Shown here one piece after another: positions 18,399-28,091 of a stretch of 64,000 nt of DNA. Each line of letters begins with the position of its first letter. Within the stretch, counting starts at the first letter, position 1. The stretch covers positions 127,612-191,611 of the forward strand of contig JAFGDO010000032.1 in the NCBI GenBank assembly GCA_016932045.1, in the 5' to 3' direction. The notes under the pieces are model-generated. The model was given only the letters and a program-made list of their open reading frames with translations. It was not told where the DNA came from and ran no database searches. Position numbers and translations under genes: made by a program. Origin of the DNA: Candidatus Dojkabacteria bacterium (GTDB taxonomy: Bacteria; Patescibacteriota; Dojkabacteria; JAHIVN01).

Positions 18399-18918
18399 AT
18401 ACCTAGACATTGTAGATACAAATGGGAATATTGTAGGCAAAGATACAAGGGCAAATTTACACAAAAGCCCTGATAAAATTCATATGACAGTAAATATTTT
18501 GATTGTGAATTCTAAAGGAGAGATTCTTGTTCAACAAAGATCAAAAAATAAGAAATTTGGACCTGGAATCTGGGAAATTTCAGCTGGAGGCCATGTGGAA
18601 AGTGGAAGTACGCCTGATGAGACTGCCAAAAAGGAATTGAAAGAAGAATTGGGAATTGAAGTAGAATTAAAATTTATTGAGAAGAAAGTTTTTAAATTCC
18701 CAGAACAGAGTGAACTTGCTCATCTCTATGTTGGTTATAGCGATGGACCTTTTTGTTTGGAAGAAAATGAAATTGAAAGGGTACACTTTGTTGGCCTTGA
18801 TAAACTAGACGCTTTTCTAATGGCGAGTAATTCTTCTGAAAGTATGCTAGGATATTGGATGGAAGTTATAAAGGCAAAGAAGGATATGATATTTAAAAAC
18901 AAAAATTTAGGAATTTAA
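18391..18918 (+). CDS. NUDIX hydrolase (Idi/YfcD-like)
   Basis: ILVQQRS, WEISAGGHVESGSTPDETAKKELKEELGI Nudix box. Confidence 0.9.
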   Translation: MAEYLDIVDTNGNIVGKDTRANLHKSPDKIHMTVNILIVNSKGEILVQQRSKNKKFGPGIWEISAGGHVESGSTPDETAKKELKEELGIEVELKFIEKKVFKFPEQSELAHLYVGYSDGPFCLEENEIERVHFVGLDKLDAFLMASNSSESMLGYWMEVIKAKKDMIFKNKNLGI

Positions 18919-18949
18919 GAATCAAGAAATTATATTTTACAATTGTGTT

Positions 18950-21049
18950 GTGCCAAGTTTAGACTCTTTAATAAAACCAAAATCAGTAGCAGTTATAGGA
19001 GCGTCAAGAGATAGAAGCAAACTGGGGAGATTAGTTCTCGATAATATTGTAAATCAAAAATATCGAGGAAAAATTTTCCCTGTGAATCCTAAAGCAAATG
19101 TAGTAGGAAGCTTGAGATGTTATAAGAGTATAAAAGCGATTCCGGGTAAGGTTGATCTTGCTATTATTGCTATCCCAGCTCAGTTTGTTCTTCCGGTAGT
19201 GAGAGAGTGTTGTGAAAAGAAGGTGTGTAGTATCGCCATTATCTCTGCAGGATTTTCTGAAACAGGACATGAGGGGTTGGTGGAAGAGTATAAGATCAAG
19301 GAACTTGTTGAAAAGTATGGAGTGAATCTTCTTGGGCCAAATTGCCTTGGAATAATCTCGTCAGAGGTAAATTTAAACGCTACGTTTGCAAAGAATAAAA
19401 TGAACAAAGGGAGTATTGCTTTTCTATCTCAATCCGGAGCTTTAGGAACAGCAGCTTTGGACTGGGCAGAAGGAACAGGGGTAGGATTCTCTCATTTCGT
19501 TTCTCTTGGCAATAAAGCGAACCTTTCTGAAAATGACTTTTTAGAGTACTTTTCAAGGGATAAAGATGTTAAAGCCCTGGCTTACTATTTAGAAGATTTT
19601 TCTGATGGAAGACGCTTTATGCAGCTTGCAGCAAAAGCCGGTAAACCAATTGTGGTTTTGAAGCCCGGAAAGTCTGAGGCTGCACAAAAAGCTCTCGGCT
19701 CACATACAGGGTCACTTGCTCAGGATGACATGATTGTTTCCTCGGCATTAACTCAAGCTAGGGTACTTAGGGTTAGATCTATTGAAGAGCTATTTAATGT
19801 TATTCGTCTACTTTCAGCTGAGAAGAAGTTGAAAGGCAATAATATTGCCATAGTGACAAATGCCGGCGGACCGGGAGTGTTTACAACTGATGCAATTGAA
19901 GGGGCAGACTTGAACCTTGCCACTCTTTCAAATTCTGTCCAAAAAAGGCTCGCACTTAAACTTCCTGCAGCTGCCAATGTCAAAAATCCTGTTGACGTTT
20001 TGGGCGACGCTCTTGCTGATAGATTCAGAGTTGCGCTTGAACTTGTAGAAAAGGATGAGAGTGTTGATGGTGTAATTGTCATTCTGACTCCCCAGGTTAT
20101 GACCGAAATAGGTAAAACTGCAGAAATTATTACAGCAATAGCAAAAAAAAGCAGAAAGTTTGTGATCCCGGTATTCATGGGGGGAGAGGAGGTAATAGGA
20201 GGCAGGAAGATCTTTGACAAAAATTTAGTTACATATTTCAATTATCCCGAAGATGCAGTAAGGGCTTTAAGTTATCTTTATAAAGCAAGAAGGAAACTCG
20301 TTGGAAAAAGATTTAAGGTCAAAGTAAGTGAGGCAAAGGCGAAAAGACTCATGAAGGGAATTGGCGGGCCAATGGATACACAGTTAGCCGAGAGGATTTT
20401 AAAGCTCTACAAGATACCTTTACTTGAGTCACATTTCCCGCAGGATATAGCTGCGGCCAGAAGATATGCTTCCAAACTTGAATATCCGGTTGTTATGAAA
20501 CTAATTCATCCTGAGCTTTTGCACAAGACAGATGTGAATGCCGTTAGGTTAAATATTGAAGATGACAAGCAGCTTGATGCAGCCTTTAATGAGCTGAAGA
20601 ATCTAGGTATCAAGCTTGAACTTGCTGGTGCCAGAATTCAAATGCAGCATTTCGTAAAGGGCGCTCTTGAACTTATTGTTGGAGTCAGACGCGACAAGGA
20701 TCAGTATGTCGATATAAAGGGGGAGCAACTTATCAGAAAGATGGGTTTTGGACATTGTATAGTTTTTGGAATGGGAGGAATATATACCGAGGTTTATAAA
20801 GACATAGCACTAGGCATTGCGCCGCTTTCAATTTCGCAAATAAATGATTTGATAAGTAAAACTAAGGTGAGCCAGATACTCGAAGGCGCAAGGGGAAAGA
20901 AATACAATAAGGATAAAGTAATTGAAGTTATCGCAAGCTTAAGTCAGCTTGTGACGGATTTCCCGCAGTTTGCCGAAATTGATATAAACCCGCTTTTTGC
21001 TAAAGGCAGGGGAGTGTGGGTAGTTGACGTAAAGATGATTGTTTGGTGA
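18950..21049 (+). CDS. Acetate-CoA ligase (ADP-forming), fused alpha/beta
   Basis: PKSVAVIGAS, LGPNCLG, SQSGALG, SLGNKA, SHTGSLA phospho-His motif, TNAGGPG, NPVDVLGDA, C-terminal ATP-grasp with HKTD and EIDINP. Confidence 0.92.
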   Translation: MPSLDSLIKPKSVAVIGASRDRSKLGRLVLDNIVNQKYRGKIFPVNPKANVVGSLRCYKSIKAIPGKVDLAIIAIPAQFVLPVVRECCEKKVCSIAIISAGFSETGHEGLVEEYKIKELVEKYGVNLLGPNCLGIISSEVNLNATFAKNKMNKGSIAFLSQSGALGTAALDWAEGTGVGFSHFVSLGNKANLSENDFLEYFSRDKDVKALAYYLEDFSDGRRFMQLAAKAGKPIVVLKPGKSEAAQKALGSHTGSLAQDDMIVSSALTQARVLRVRSIEELFNVIRLLSAEKKLKGNNIAIVTNAGGPGVFTTDAIEGADLNLATLSNSVQKRLALKLPAAANVKNPVDVLGDALADRFRVALELVEKDESVDGVIVILTPQVMTEIGKTAEIITAIAKKSRKFVIPVFMGGEEVIGGRKIFDKNLVTYFNYPEDAVRALSYLYKARRKLVGKRFKVKVSEAKAKRLMKGIGGPMDTQLAERILKLYKIPLLESHFPQDIAAARRYASKLEYPVVMKLIHPELLHKTDVNAVRLNIEDDKQLDAAFNELKNLGIKLELAGARIQMQHFVKGALELIVGVRRDKDQYVDIKGEQLIRKMGFGHCIVFGMGGIYTEVYKDIALGIAPLSISQINDLISKTKVSQILEGARGKKYNKDKVIEVIASLSQLVTDFPQFAEIDINPLFAKGRGVWVVDVKMIVW

Positions 21050-21091
21050 ATTCTAATAGCTAAAGATTCTTTCTAATTTGCGATTTTGCAC

Positions 21092-21541
21092 CTATACAGT
21101 TTCAAATACTTTTTTCAGGATGTCGTTCTTTCCGATTTTGACGTAGTTTCCTGCAATAAAAAAGGCAAAACTCTTGCCAATATCGTTTTTTATCAGTTTG
21201 TTTAGGAGAGAGATGTCCTCTTCTGGACACATAATTACAAGTTTGTTTAGAGTGTTATTTTGGAAATTCTCTTCAATTGATTTAAGAGCTTCTTTATAGA
21301 ATCTCTTTTGAAATTCCTTTCTGACATTCTGTTCATCGGATATTCCGCCTCCTGATGAACCTTTGAAATAACCAGCTTGATCTTCATAAATAGGCAGAGT
21401 TGTAACAAGATCTCCTTCATTCACACCGTCATCTTTGATACTCAAGAATTTTGCGTGTTTTTCGTCGAGTATGAGAATACCAAAGCTATCGAGTCGTTTT
21501 CTGGCTTTGGATACATTAAAAGCAAAATTAATTTTTGCCAT
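21092..21541 (-). CDS. Host-attachment (AtsE/baeRF12-like) family protein
   Basis: Hydrophobic strand-D-A-F start, Gly-rich loop, helix EFQKRFYKEAL, KLVIMCP, GNYVK; pattern resemblance only. Confidence 0.55.
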   Translation of the reverse strand: MAKINFAFNVSKARKRLDSFGILILDEKHAKFLSIKDDGVNEGDLVTTLPIYEDQAGYFKGSSGGGISDEQNVRKEFQKRFYKEALKSIEENFQNNTLNKLVIMCPEEDISLLNKLIKNDIGKSFAFFIAGNYVKIGKNDILKKVFETV

Positions 21542-21708
21542 TAAGAGGAAATAAAAAGTAATATTATATTTGGACATTTTCCCATGGTTGAAGTTCTATT
21601 GCAAATCGCTGATAACCTAAATCCATATTGTCACGGTGGCTCCAACCGGAGATTGGAACCGGCTTCAGGATCTGGCCATATGACCATCCAGCCATGCGAC
21701 AAAGGTTC

Positions 21709-22911
21709 TTATCTATTATAACGTCTGGGAACAGTCCGAGTTTCACCTCCTGCGATTATCATACTCGCGATAAGTGAGGTTATAGGAACAGCAAGAATAA
21801 GCCCGATACTTCCAACAAGGGTTCGTACAATTTCTTCGGCAACCATTTCTGTATTTATTATCTCTTGTGAACTAGCACCTGATGCCATAAAGAGCATCAC
21901 AAGGGGGAGAGCAGAACCAGTGTAGGCGAGAACAAGGGTATTTACCATAGAGGCGATATGATCTTTTCCAACTTTCATGGATCTTGCAAAAAGTTCTTTC
22001 CAGGAAAAAGAGGGGTTTGCATTAAATAGTTCAACTATTGTTGAGACTTGGCTTACAGTAATGTCATCTAAAATTCCAATTCCTCCAATGATTAAACTTG
22101 CTAGCAGAACTCCCTGCATGTTAATTGGTTTATCAATGAGCTGGATAAGGAAAGTAGCTTCCTCTGTTGAGTATCCAGTTAGGCGTGATGCTTGTGTGTA
22201 TATTCCGGCTAAAATTGCAGTGATGATTAATGAAATTACTGTTCCGATAAGAGCGATAGAAGTTTTTCTATTAAATCCATGTGAAAGATATATTGACACT
22301 GTCATTATGAGAGAACCTCCAAGTACACTAGCCAGAATTGGACTTGTGCCCGAGAGCATGAGAGGAAGGACCAGTAGTAATAGAACTACGAAGCTGATGC
22401 CAAGGCCAGCAAGAGAACTTAAGCCCTGAAGACCACCTACAGCAACAACAAATACAATAAATATAATGACAAGAGTCAAAAGAGAGGTTCCGCGAATAGG
22501 TTCCTTTATATAATATTGCGTTTCACCGCCCACTTTTGTCTCTACAAGGTAGACTTTTTTCCCTACTTTATAGTTCAAACTGGGAAGTTTTGGATCGTCT
22601 GCAATAGAGGCTATGCTTTCGACCTGTTCACCCTTTTTATCGCCGGTTTGAATTTCAAGTTTAAAAAAGTAACAGTCTCCTTCGCCGATATTATCAGGAC
22701 AGCTTTCAATGAGAAGTTCCGTTATCTTGGCTTTATACTTAATTTCCCGATCTTCAGTTCCATTTGATGGTTCTTCTATAGGAGCTTCTGTACTTTCCGT
22801 CTCTTCAGCTTCAGTTTCATTAGAATTTTCTTCTTGGGCTAATATACTGGTAGGAAAGAAAAGTAGGAGAGTGAAGAAAAATATAATTGTGGAAAAAATA
22901 GTTTTTTTCAA
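21709..22911 (-). CDS. YibE/F family membrane protein
   Basis: Signal peptide, GILDDITVSQ, VGKDHIASMVNTLVLAYTGSALP, EIVRTLVGSIGLILAVPITS. Confidence 0.93.
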   Translation of the reverse strand: MKKTIFSTIIFFFTLLLFFPTSILAQEENSNETEAEETESTEAPIEEPSNGTEDREIKYKAKITELLIESCPDNIGEGDCYFFKLEIQTGDKKGEQVESIASIADDPKLPSLNYKVGKKVYLVETKVGGETQYYIKEPIRGTSLLTLVIIFIVFVVAVGGLQGLSSLAGLGISFVVLLLLVLPLMLSGTSPILASVLGGSLIMTVSIYLSHGFNRKTSIALIGTVISLIITAILAGIYTQASRLTGYSTEEATFLIQLIDKPINMQGVLLASLIIGGIGILDDITVSQVSTIVELFNANPSFSWKELFARSMKVGKDHIASMVNTLVLAYTGSALPLVMLFMASGASSQEIINTEMVAEEIVRTLVGSIGLILAVPITSLIASMIIAGGETRTVPRRYNR

Positions 22912-23058
22912 GGTGGCTGTATTTTCTCAAATTTTTGAAGTGGGTTCAAATGTTAGTGATCTGGGAAAGGTTATCTTCCAGGAGATAGGTCTCTGTAGGA
23001 GCAAGTAAGTTTTGCACAGTTGGACGGTATTTGTCATGTAAAACGTGGCCTGCGGCTT

Positions 23059-23099
23059 CCTGTCTACCTGTTCAGACAGGCGTAGCCAGGCAAACAGGG
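23059..23099. repeat. GC-rich palindromic element (CCTGTCT...AGACAGG family)
   Basis: CCTGTCT-ACCTGTTC-AGACAGG; related to CCTGTCTGCCGACAGGCAGG at 63864. Confidence 0.5.
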
Positions 23100-23165
23100 A
23101 AGATTGAACAGGCGGGGAAAAAATGCTAGTATTTATATAATATATTTTTTAAAGATTTTTATCTG

Positions 23166-23786
23166 ATGACTGACACTGAAAGAGAGGGGAAGGAGAAAGG
23201 TTACACTGAGAGGTGTGAACAGTGCTTGGCAGCAATAAAACCAGTGGTTGAGCTCTGCGGTCAAGGTAGGTACCAAGCAGCGTACTGGCAAATCTCCGGA
23301 GCAATAGAAAAACTGGAAGCTATTGAGGGACTGCATGTGCCTGAAGGTACAACTCACTTTGTTTATGAAGAGTTGACCGATGAACAGGTTATTGAACGTT
23401 GGAAATATATTGTTACTGAAGATGTTGCAACGAAGCTATATACAAGGGCTGGTTACTGGGAAGGTCGGTTGATGTTTCCATTGGTTTTAGATTGGAGAAT
23501 TCTTCGCCTTTTAAGAGACAATGACGTCGACTTTATATCTAGAGCCGAAGCAGGAGATGAAGAAGTATATAAACTTGTTAAGCAGAATCCTCTTTTATAT
23601 AGGCTTTTTGTTGAACTTTTCATTGAAGAAAGCTTACACGCTGCTCAAGGTATGAATGGAGGTCCTCTAATGGGAGATAAGGATCCAGAACGAGATGTGA
23701 CGAGATATATGATTGATAAAGGGATAGAACTTACAGATGAATTTCTAGGTGCTTATGGAGGAAGAAGAAGATCCTTAGTGGAATGA
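23166..23786 (+). CDS. Hypothetical protein
   Basis: 206-aa ORF, upstream TATAAT, CxxC near the N-terminus; no family recognised. Confidence 0.7.
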   Translation: MTDTEREGKEKGYTERCEQCLAAIKPVVELCGQGRYQAAYWQISGAIEKLEAIEGLHVPEGTTHFVYEELTDEQVIERWKYIVTEDVATKLYTRAGYWEGRLMFPLVLDWRILRLLRDNDVDFISRAEAGDEEVYKLVKQNPLLYRLFVELFIEESLHAAQGMNGGPLMGDKDPERDVTRYMIDKGIELTDEFLGAYGGRRRSLVE

Positions 23787-23814
23787 GGCTTTGCATAGTC
23801 AGAAAGGTTTATTC

Positions 23815-24681
23815 TTACTCAAATTCCTCGATAAATCCCTTTATAGAATATTGTTTAACTTCCTGGATTGGAGTAGTTTTTCTATTTTTTCTGTATGTCA
23901 ATTTTTCAGAGTAGGGTACACTTTTTTTGTCTTGATATAGAATTCCTGTAGCAATTCTTTCCTCCACATCCTTTGCTATATCGAAAGCCTTATCCCAATC
24001 CGAAGGATTATAATTCTTTTTATCCTCGAGTTTATATACTCTCTCTTGGAACCACTGGAATGTATTTACCTTATTAAAAGTAACACAAGGCTGAAGAATT
24101 TCAAGGAATGAGAAACCCTTGTGTTTCACAGCTGCTTTCATGAGCTTAACTAGTTGAACCGGATCTCCAGCAAAACCACGTGCTACAAATGTAGCTTTTG
24201 ATATAAGCGCTACGTGAGCAGGAGTGATTGACTCTTCAACTATTCCTCCTGGAGCAGTTTTACCTGGTTCACCCTTCTTTGTAGTTACAGTTTGTTGCCC
24301 TGTGGTCAGCCCGAACCTTTGGTTATTATGCATGATCACCGTAATGTTATAATTGCTTCTTGCGGCCCACATCAGGTGGGTTACTCCTTCTTCCATGATT
24401 CCTCCGTCGCCTCCTGTAGAAATCACTGTAAGATCTGGATTTGCTATTTTTATGGCAGTTGCAACCGGAACAGTCCTGCCGTGCAGAGATTTGAATCCGT
24501 AAGAATTCAACTTATCTGCCATATTGCCTGCGCAGCCAATGTCATAGGTTATGACGACTTCATTTGGTTCTTTACCCATCTCAGCAAGGGCTTGTTTCAG
24601 GCTGTTCCACAGTGCAAAGTTGCCGCATCCCGGGCACCAGTTAGGTTCAATGGTTGTATTGTAATCTGATACTTGAGCCAT
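23815..24681 (-). CDS. 2-oxoacid:ferredoxin oxidoreductase beta subunit
   Basis: WCPGCG, DIGC, LHGR, GGDG TPP motif, NNQRFGLTTGQ, ILQPCVTFN. Confidence 0.95.
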   Translation of the reverse strand: MAQVSDYNTTIEPNWCPGCGNFALWNSLKQALAEMGKEPNEVVITYDIGCAGNMADKLNSYGFKSLHGRTVPVATAIKIANPDLTVISTGGDGGIMEEGVTHLMWAARSNYNITVIMHNNQRFGLTTGQQTVTTKKGEPGKTAPGGIVEESITPAHVALISKATFVARGFAGDPVQLVKLMKAAVKHKGFSFLEILQPCVTFNKVNTFQWFQERVYKLEDKKNYNPSDWDKAFDIAKDVEERIATGILYQDKKSVPYSEKLTYRKNRKTTPIQEVKQYSIKGFIEEFE

Positions 24682-24749
24682 AGTATAAAACTCTAAATTC
24701 TAATATTTAAGTTCCCAAATAACTATGCAACTATTTAACTATGTATTTC

Positions 24750-26492
24750 TTACACCTTATGCTTCAAGGCTTCCACAAGTTCATCTCTAAAGAATGGTGT
24801 TCCTACGTATTTTGTCATCTTTGATTTTATCTCAATTCCGGTCTCGGCCCTTATAAGCTGTGCTAGTTGAGCAGAATAATTATTTTCAACTGCAATCAAT
24901 TTATTCTTACCAGCAAGCCTTTTTATAGTTTCATGCTTTACAGGATATACATATGTGTAGTGAAGCATATTTACCTTTGATTTCCCGGCATTTATGTCTT
25001 TAAGAGCGTCAAGAATCGGGCCCTTCTGAGAGCCCCAGCATACAATTGTTGTCCTTGCATTTTTAGGTCCAAGAAGCTTTGGTTCAGGAAGTTCAGACAT
25101 GATGCCCTGAACCTTTCTCATTCTTTTTTCCATCATTTGTTTTCTTGTGAGAAGATCTTCGGTAGAGTATCCCTTTTCATCGTGTTCATCACTATTTGCA
25201 AGGAAAACTCCCCTTTTTGATCCTGGTAGTGATCGCGGAGATATTCCCGAAACTGTAAATTTGTACCGCTTGAAATCTATTTGGCTTGCAAGTTCCTGCC
25301 TGCTTAATATCTGTCCTCTTTGAACTTTTATCTTTGTATCTTTAAACTTCTTCGTTTGATACCAGCTTTCAGATAGGTACTTGTCAAGCAAAATTATTAC
25401 TAAAGTTTGGTATTTTTCAGCTAAGTTAAAGGCTTCGGGTACAAGCGAGAATACCTCATCAATATCTCCTGGTGCTAGTATGATCCTCGGAAATTCTCCA
25501 TGCCCGATTCTTGAGACAAAGGATAGATCTCCCTGTTCAGTCCAAGTAGGAACGCCTGTTGCAGGACCCGGCCGTTGAGAATTAAAAACAACTAATGGCG
25601 TTTCAGTGATCCCTGCAAGTGCTAAACTTTCAGTCATAAGTGCAAGTCCGCCTCCGCTTGTTCCGCATGCTGATCTTGTTCCGGCAAAACTTGCGCCAAT
25701 TGTCATTTGTATGGCAGTTATTTCGTCCTCGGCCTGTTTCACAATTATCCCTGTCTTATCCGTTCTTTGAGCAAGATACTGAAGAATTCCTGTTGAAGGG
25801 GTCATTGGGTAGGCACAATATACTCTACATCCCGAAGCATATACGGAAAGACCGGCAACCTCATTACCAGTACCTATTATTCGATCCTCACTTTCTTTAT
25901 GATCAAGATCAAAAGAAGATATCTCGTGTATCTTTACAGCTGCTCTAACATGATCAAAACCCCCTTTTGTACAAGCAAGATTTGTTTCTATGTTCTTCGC
26001 TTTTTTACCGAATATACTTTTCACCTGGTTTTCTAGGAATTTATATTCAGAGGTAAGTATAGCCCACATTCCACCTATCATAACGGAATTTTCCATTACC
26101 GGAAGACCTTTATTCTTTTTTACAATTTCTTCAAGTGGGAGTTGCACAAGCTGGATTTTCCTATCTTCAAGTGCTTTTTGAACTCTTGGTCTTATTTCAA
26201 ATGTTTTTCCGTATAACAATAGCCCTTTTACGGCAATTTCTTCGTAATGAAGATTTATTGTTTCCTCGTTTAGTGCAACAAGTATATCAACGATTTGATT
26301 TGAAGAATGGATCTTTTCATCTGAAATATCAATCTGGAATGTAGAATGTCCCCCTCGGATTAGTGAAGGGTATTCGCTATAGGAGAACGTCCACCAGCCA
26401 AGGCTCTTTAGAGCTTTTGTAAGTATGTAGCCTGCGGTTTTTACTCCCTGTCCAGCAGCACCACCGATTTTTAATGCAATTGATTGTTTCAT
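24750..26492 (-). CDS. 2-oxoacid:ferredoxin oxidoreductase alpha subunit (gamma-alpha fusion)
   Basis: IGGAAGQG, EYPSLIRGGH, AYPMTPST, QAEDEI, TSGGGLALMTE, QRPGPATGVPT, VENNYSAQL; probable start at 26492. Confidence 0.95.
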   Translation of the reverse strand: MKQSIALKIGGAAGQGVKTAGYILTKALKSLGWWTFSYSEYPSLIRGGHSTFQIDISDEKIHSSNQIVDILVALNEETINLHYEEIAVKGLLLYGKTFEIRPRVQKALEDRKIQLVQLPLEEIVKKNKGLPVMENSVMIGGMWAILTSEYKFLENQVKSIFGKKAKNIETNLACTKGGFDHVRAAVKIHEISSFDLDHKESEDRIIGTGNEVAGLSVYASGCRVYCAYPMTPSTGILQYLAQRTDKTGIIVKQAEDEITAIQMTIGASFAGTRSACGTSGGGLALMTESLALAGITETPLVVFNSQRPGPATGVPTWTEQGDLSFVSRIGHGEFPRIILAPGDIDEVFSLVPEAFNLAEKYQTLVIILLDKYLSESWYQTKKFKDTKIKVQRGQILSRQELASQIDFKRYKFTVSGISPRSLPGSKRGVFLANSDEHDEKGYSTEDLLTRKQMMEKRMRKVQGIMSELPEPKLLGPKNARTTIVCWGSQKGPILDALKDINAGKSKVNMLHYTYVYPVKHETIKRLAGKNKLIAVENNYSAQLAQLIRAETGIEIKSKMTKYVGTPFFRDELVEALKHKV

Positions 26493-26778
26493 GGCAGTTT
26501 TTAAAATGCTTCCTATAGAATAGAGGAAAAGGGGGGAGAGGTCAAGTGGGGAAGCTAGTAGCAAATTGCGAGCAGGATACGGCTGACATATATAAGATAT
26601 TGGATTGAAGATTGATAATTGTAGGTTGGTATATTGTCAGATCGTCGGATGACCTGATATTTGTATTGTTAATTGCTAATTTTAAATTCTTAATTGAATA
26701 ATCGTATCTTAAGATAGTTGCATATATAACTGTGGGTATAGTTTTTTGTTGCTATTTGCTGTAGAATCACTCCTAGTG

Positions 26779-27696
26779 ATGACAATCTCTCAACTACTAC
26801 AAAGAGGTAGTAAAATTTTGAGTAAAAAGTCCCATACCCCTGAGCTTGACTCTGAAGTATTATTAGCTTTTGCCCTTGCTAAGAGCAAATCTTACTTACT
26901 TTCCCACGGAGAACAATCCGTTTCTCCGGCCAAAACCAAAAAGTTTCTCAAACTTATTTCTAAAAGATTAAAGCGTGAACCTATCGCTTATCTTGCGAAT
27001 AAAAAGGAATTCTACGGTTTAGATTTTTATGTGGATCGCGATGTTTTGATTCCAAGGCCCGAGACAGAACAGCTTGTTGATATGGCCTACGATGTTATTG
27101 TTTCTCTATTTAAAAAAGGACAAAAAGAGATCAGAATAATTGATGTCGGGACAGGGTGTGGCAACATTGCAATAGCGTTAATCCACAAGATCATTGAACA
27201 ACGATTGAATAAAAAGGTCGTATTTACAATTTACCTGTCAGATATCTCAGGTAAAGCGCTGGAAATTGCTCGAAAGAATTATAAAAAAATAATAAAGGAT
27301 AAAGATAGCTTTAAGGTGAATTTTGTTAAGAGCGATCTTCTTTCTGGTATGGGATGCTGCTTTGACATTATAGTTTCCAATCCCCCTTATATCCCCAAAA
27401 GGCAGATAGAATATCTTGAACCAAATGTCAGAGATTTTGAACCAAAGGTAGCGCTTGATGGGGGAGTGGGAGGAATAGAAATTATAAAAAAGTTAATATT
27501 CCAGTCGATTGATAGGCTAAAAGAAGGCAGCGTGCTTATATTTGAAATGCATGAAAAGCATCCGAATGAGATAAAGTATTATCTTGAGGAGAATTTTCCT
27601 GAATGGAAAGCTGATTTTCACAAAGATTGCTTTGGCATGTGGAGGTTTGCGAAGGTTAGTAAGCAAAAAATAGCTAACAGTCAAACAGTCGGATAG
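26779..27696 (+). CDS. prmC: Release factor glutamine methyltransferase
   Basis: REPIAY, VLIPRPETE, DVGTGCG, SNPPYI, EPKVALDGG. Confidence 0.96.
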   Translation: MTISQLLQRGSKILSKKSHTPELDSEVLLAFALAKSKSYLLSHGEQSVSPAKTKKFLKLISKRLKREPIAYLANKKEFYGLDFYVDRDVLIPRPETEQLVDMAYDVIVSLFKKGQKEIRIIDVGTGCGNIAIALIHKIIEQRLNKKVVFTIYLSDISGKALEIARKNYKKIIKDKDSFKVNFVKSDLLSGMGCCFDIIVSNPPYIPKRQIEYLEPNVRDFEPKVALDGGVGGIEIIKKLIFQSIDRLKEGSVLIFEMHEKHPNEIKYYLEENFPEWKADFHKDCFGMWRFAKVSKQKIANSQTVG

Positions 27697-27752
27697 TTAG
27701 ATAGTCAGATAGCTGGTAACTGTAAGCTGATAGCTAGATGGCTGGATAGCTA
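27670..27752. repeat. Degenerate 8-mer tandem repeat overlapping the prmC stop codon
   Basis: ACAGTCAA ACAGTCGG ATAGTTAG ATAGTCAG ATAGCTGG ... ATAGCTAG ATGGCTGG ATAGCTA. Confidence 0.65.
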
Positions 27753-27782
27753 TCTTAGGTGATAAAAAAGGCATAGCGCTTT

Positions 27783-27986
27783 TTATTTATCCCGCTGTGC
27801 TCTTATAAATGTTTCTACTGATCTATCGCACGTTTTTTCAGCTTCTTTCGGGAAAAGACAGCCGGGGATTTCGCCCCTCTGTCTATGGTATTTGATGCAC
27901 TCACAGCATAAGCCTTTTCTTGAGCAGGAGGGATATGTGCAGGTACAGTTTTTCAGGTTTTCTTCTTGAGTACACTGTTCGGCCAT
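27783..27986 (-). CDS. Small Cys-rich protein (DUF6485-like)
   Basis: NCTCTYPSCSRKGLCCECIKYHRQRGEIPGCLFP...DRS. Confidence 0.8.
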   Translation of the reverse strand: MAEQCTQEENLKNCTCTYPSCSRKGLCCECIKYHRQRGEIPGCLFPKEAEKTCDRSVETFIRAQRDK

Positions 27987-28010
27987 GAGTCATTACCTGT
28001 CCGGCTTTTA

Positions 28011-28074
28011 TGGTCAAAGGTTAAACCTTTGACCAGTGCGGGACTATACTAGTCAAAAGTTCAACTTTCGACTA
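28011..28074. repeat. Two tandem related palindromes
   Basis: TGGTCAAAGGTT-A-AACCTTTGACCA (28011-28035, perfect) and TAGTCAAAAGTT-C-AACTTTCGACTA (28050-28074, one mismatch). Confidence 0.75.
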
Positions 28075-28091
28075 TAACTAAAATAAATTTA

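Noticed and set aside
21564-21746. 60-aa minus-strand ORF between the YibE/F and host-attachment-like genes
   Set aside because: Overlaps the YibE/F 3' end, has no recognisable motif, and runs through 8-mer repeat and hairpin DNA; probably spurious.
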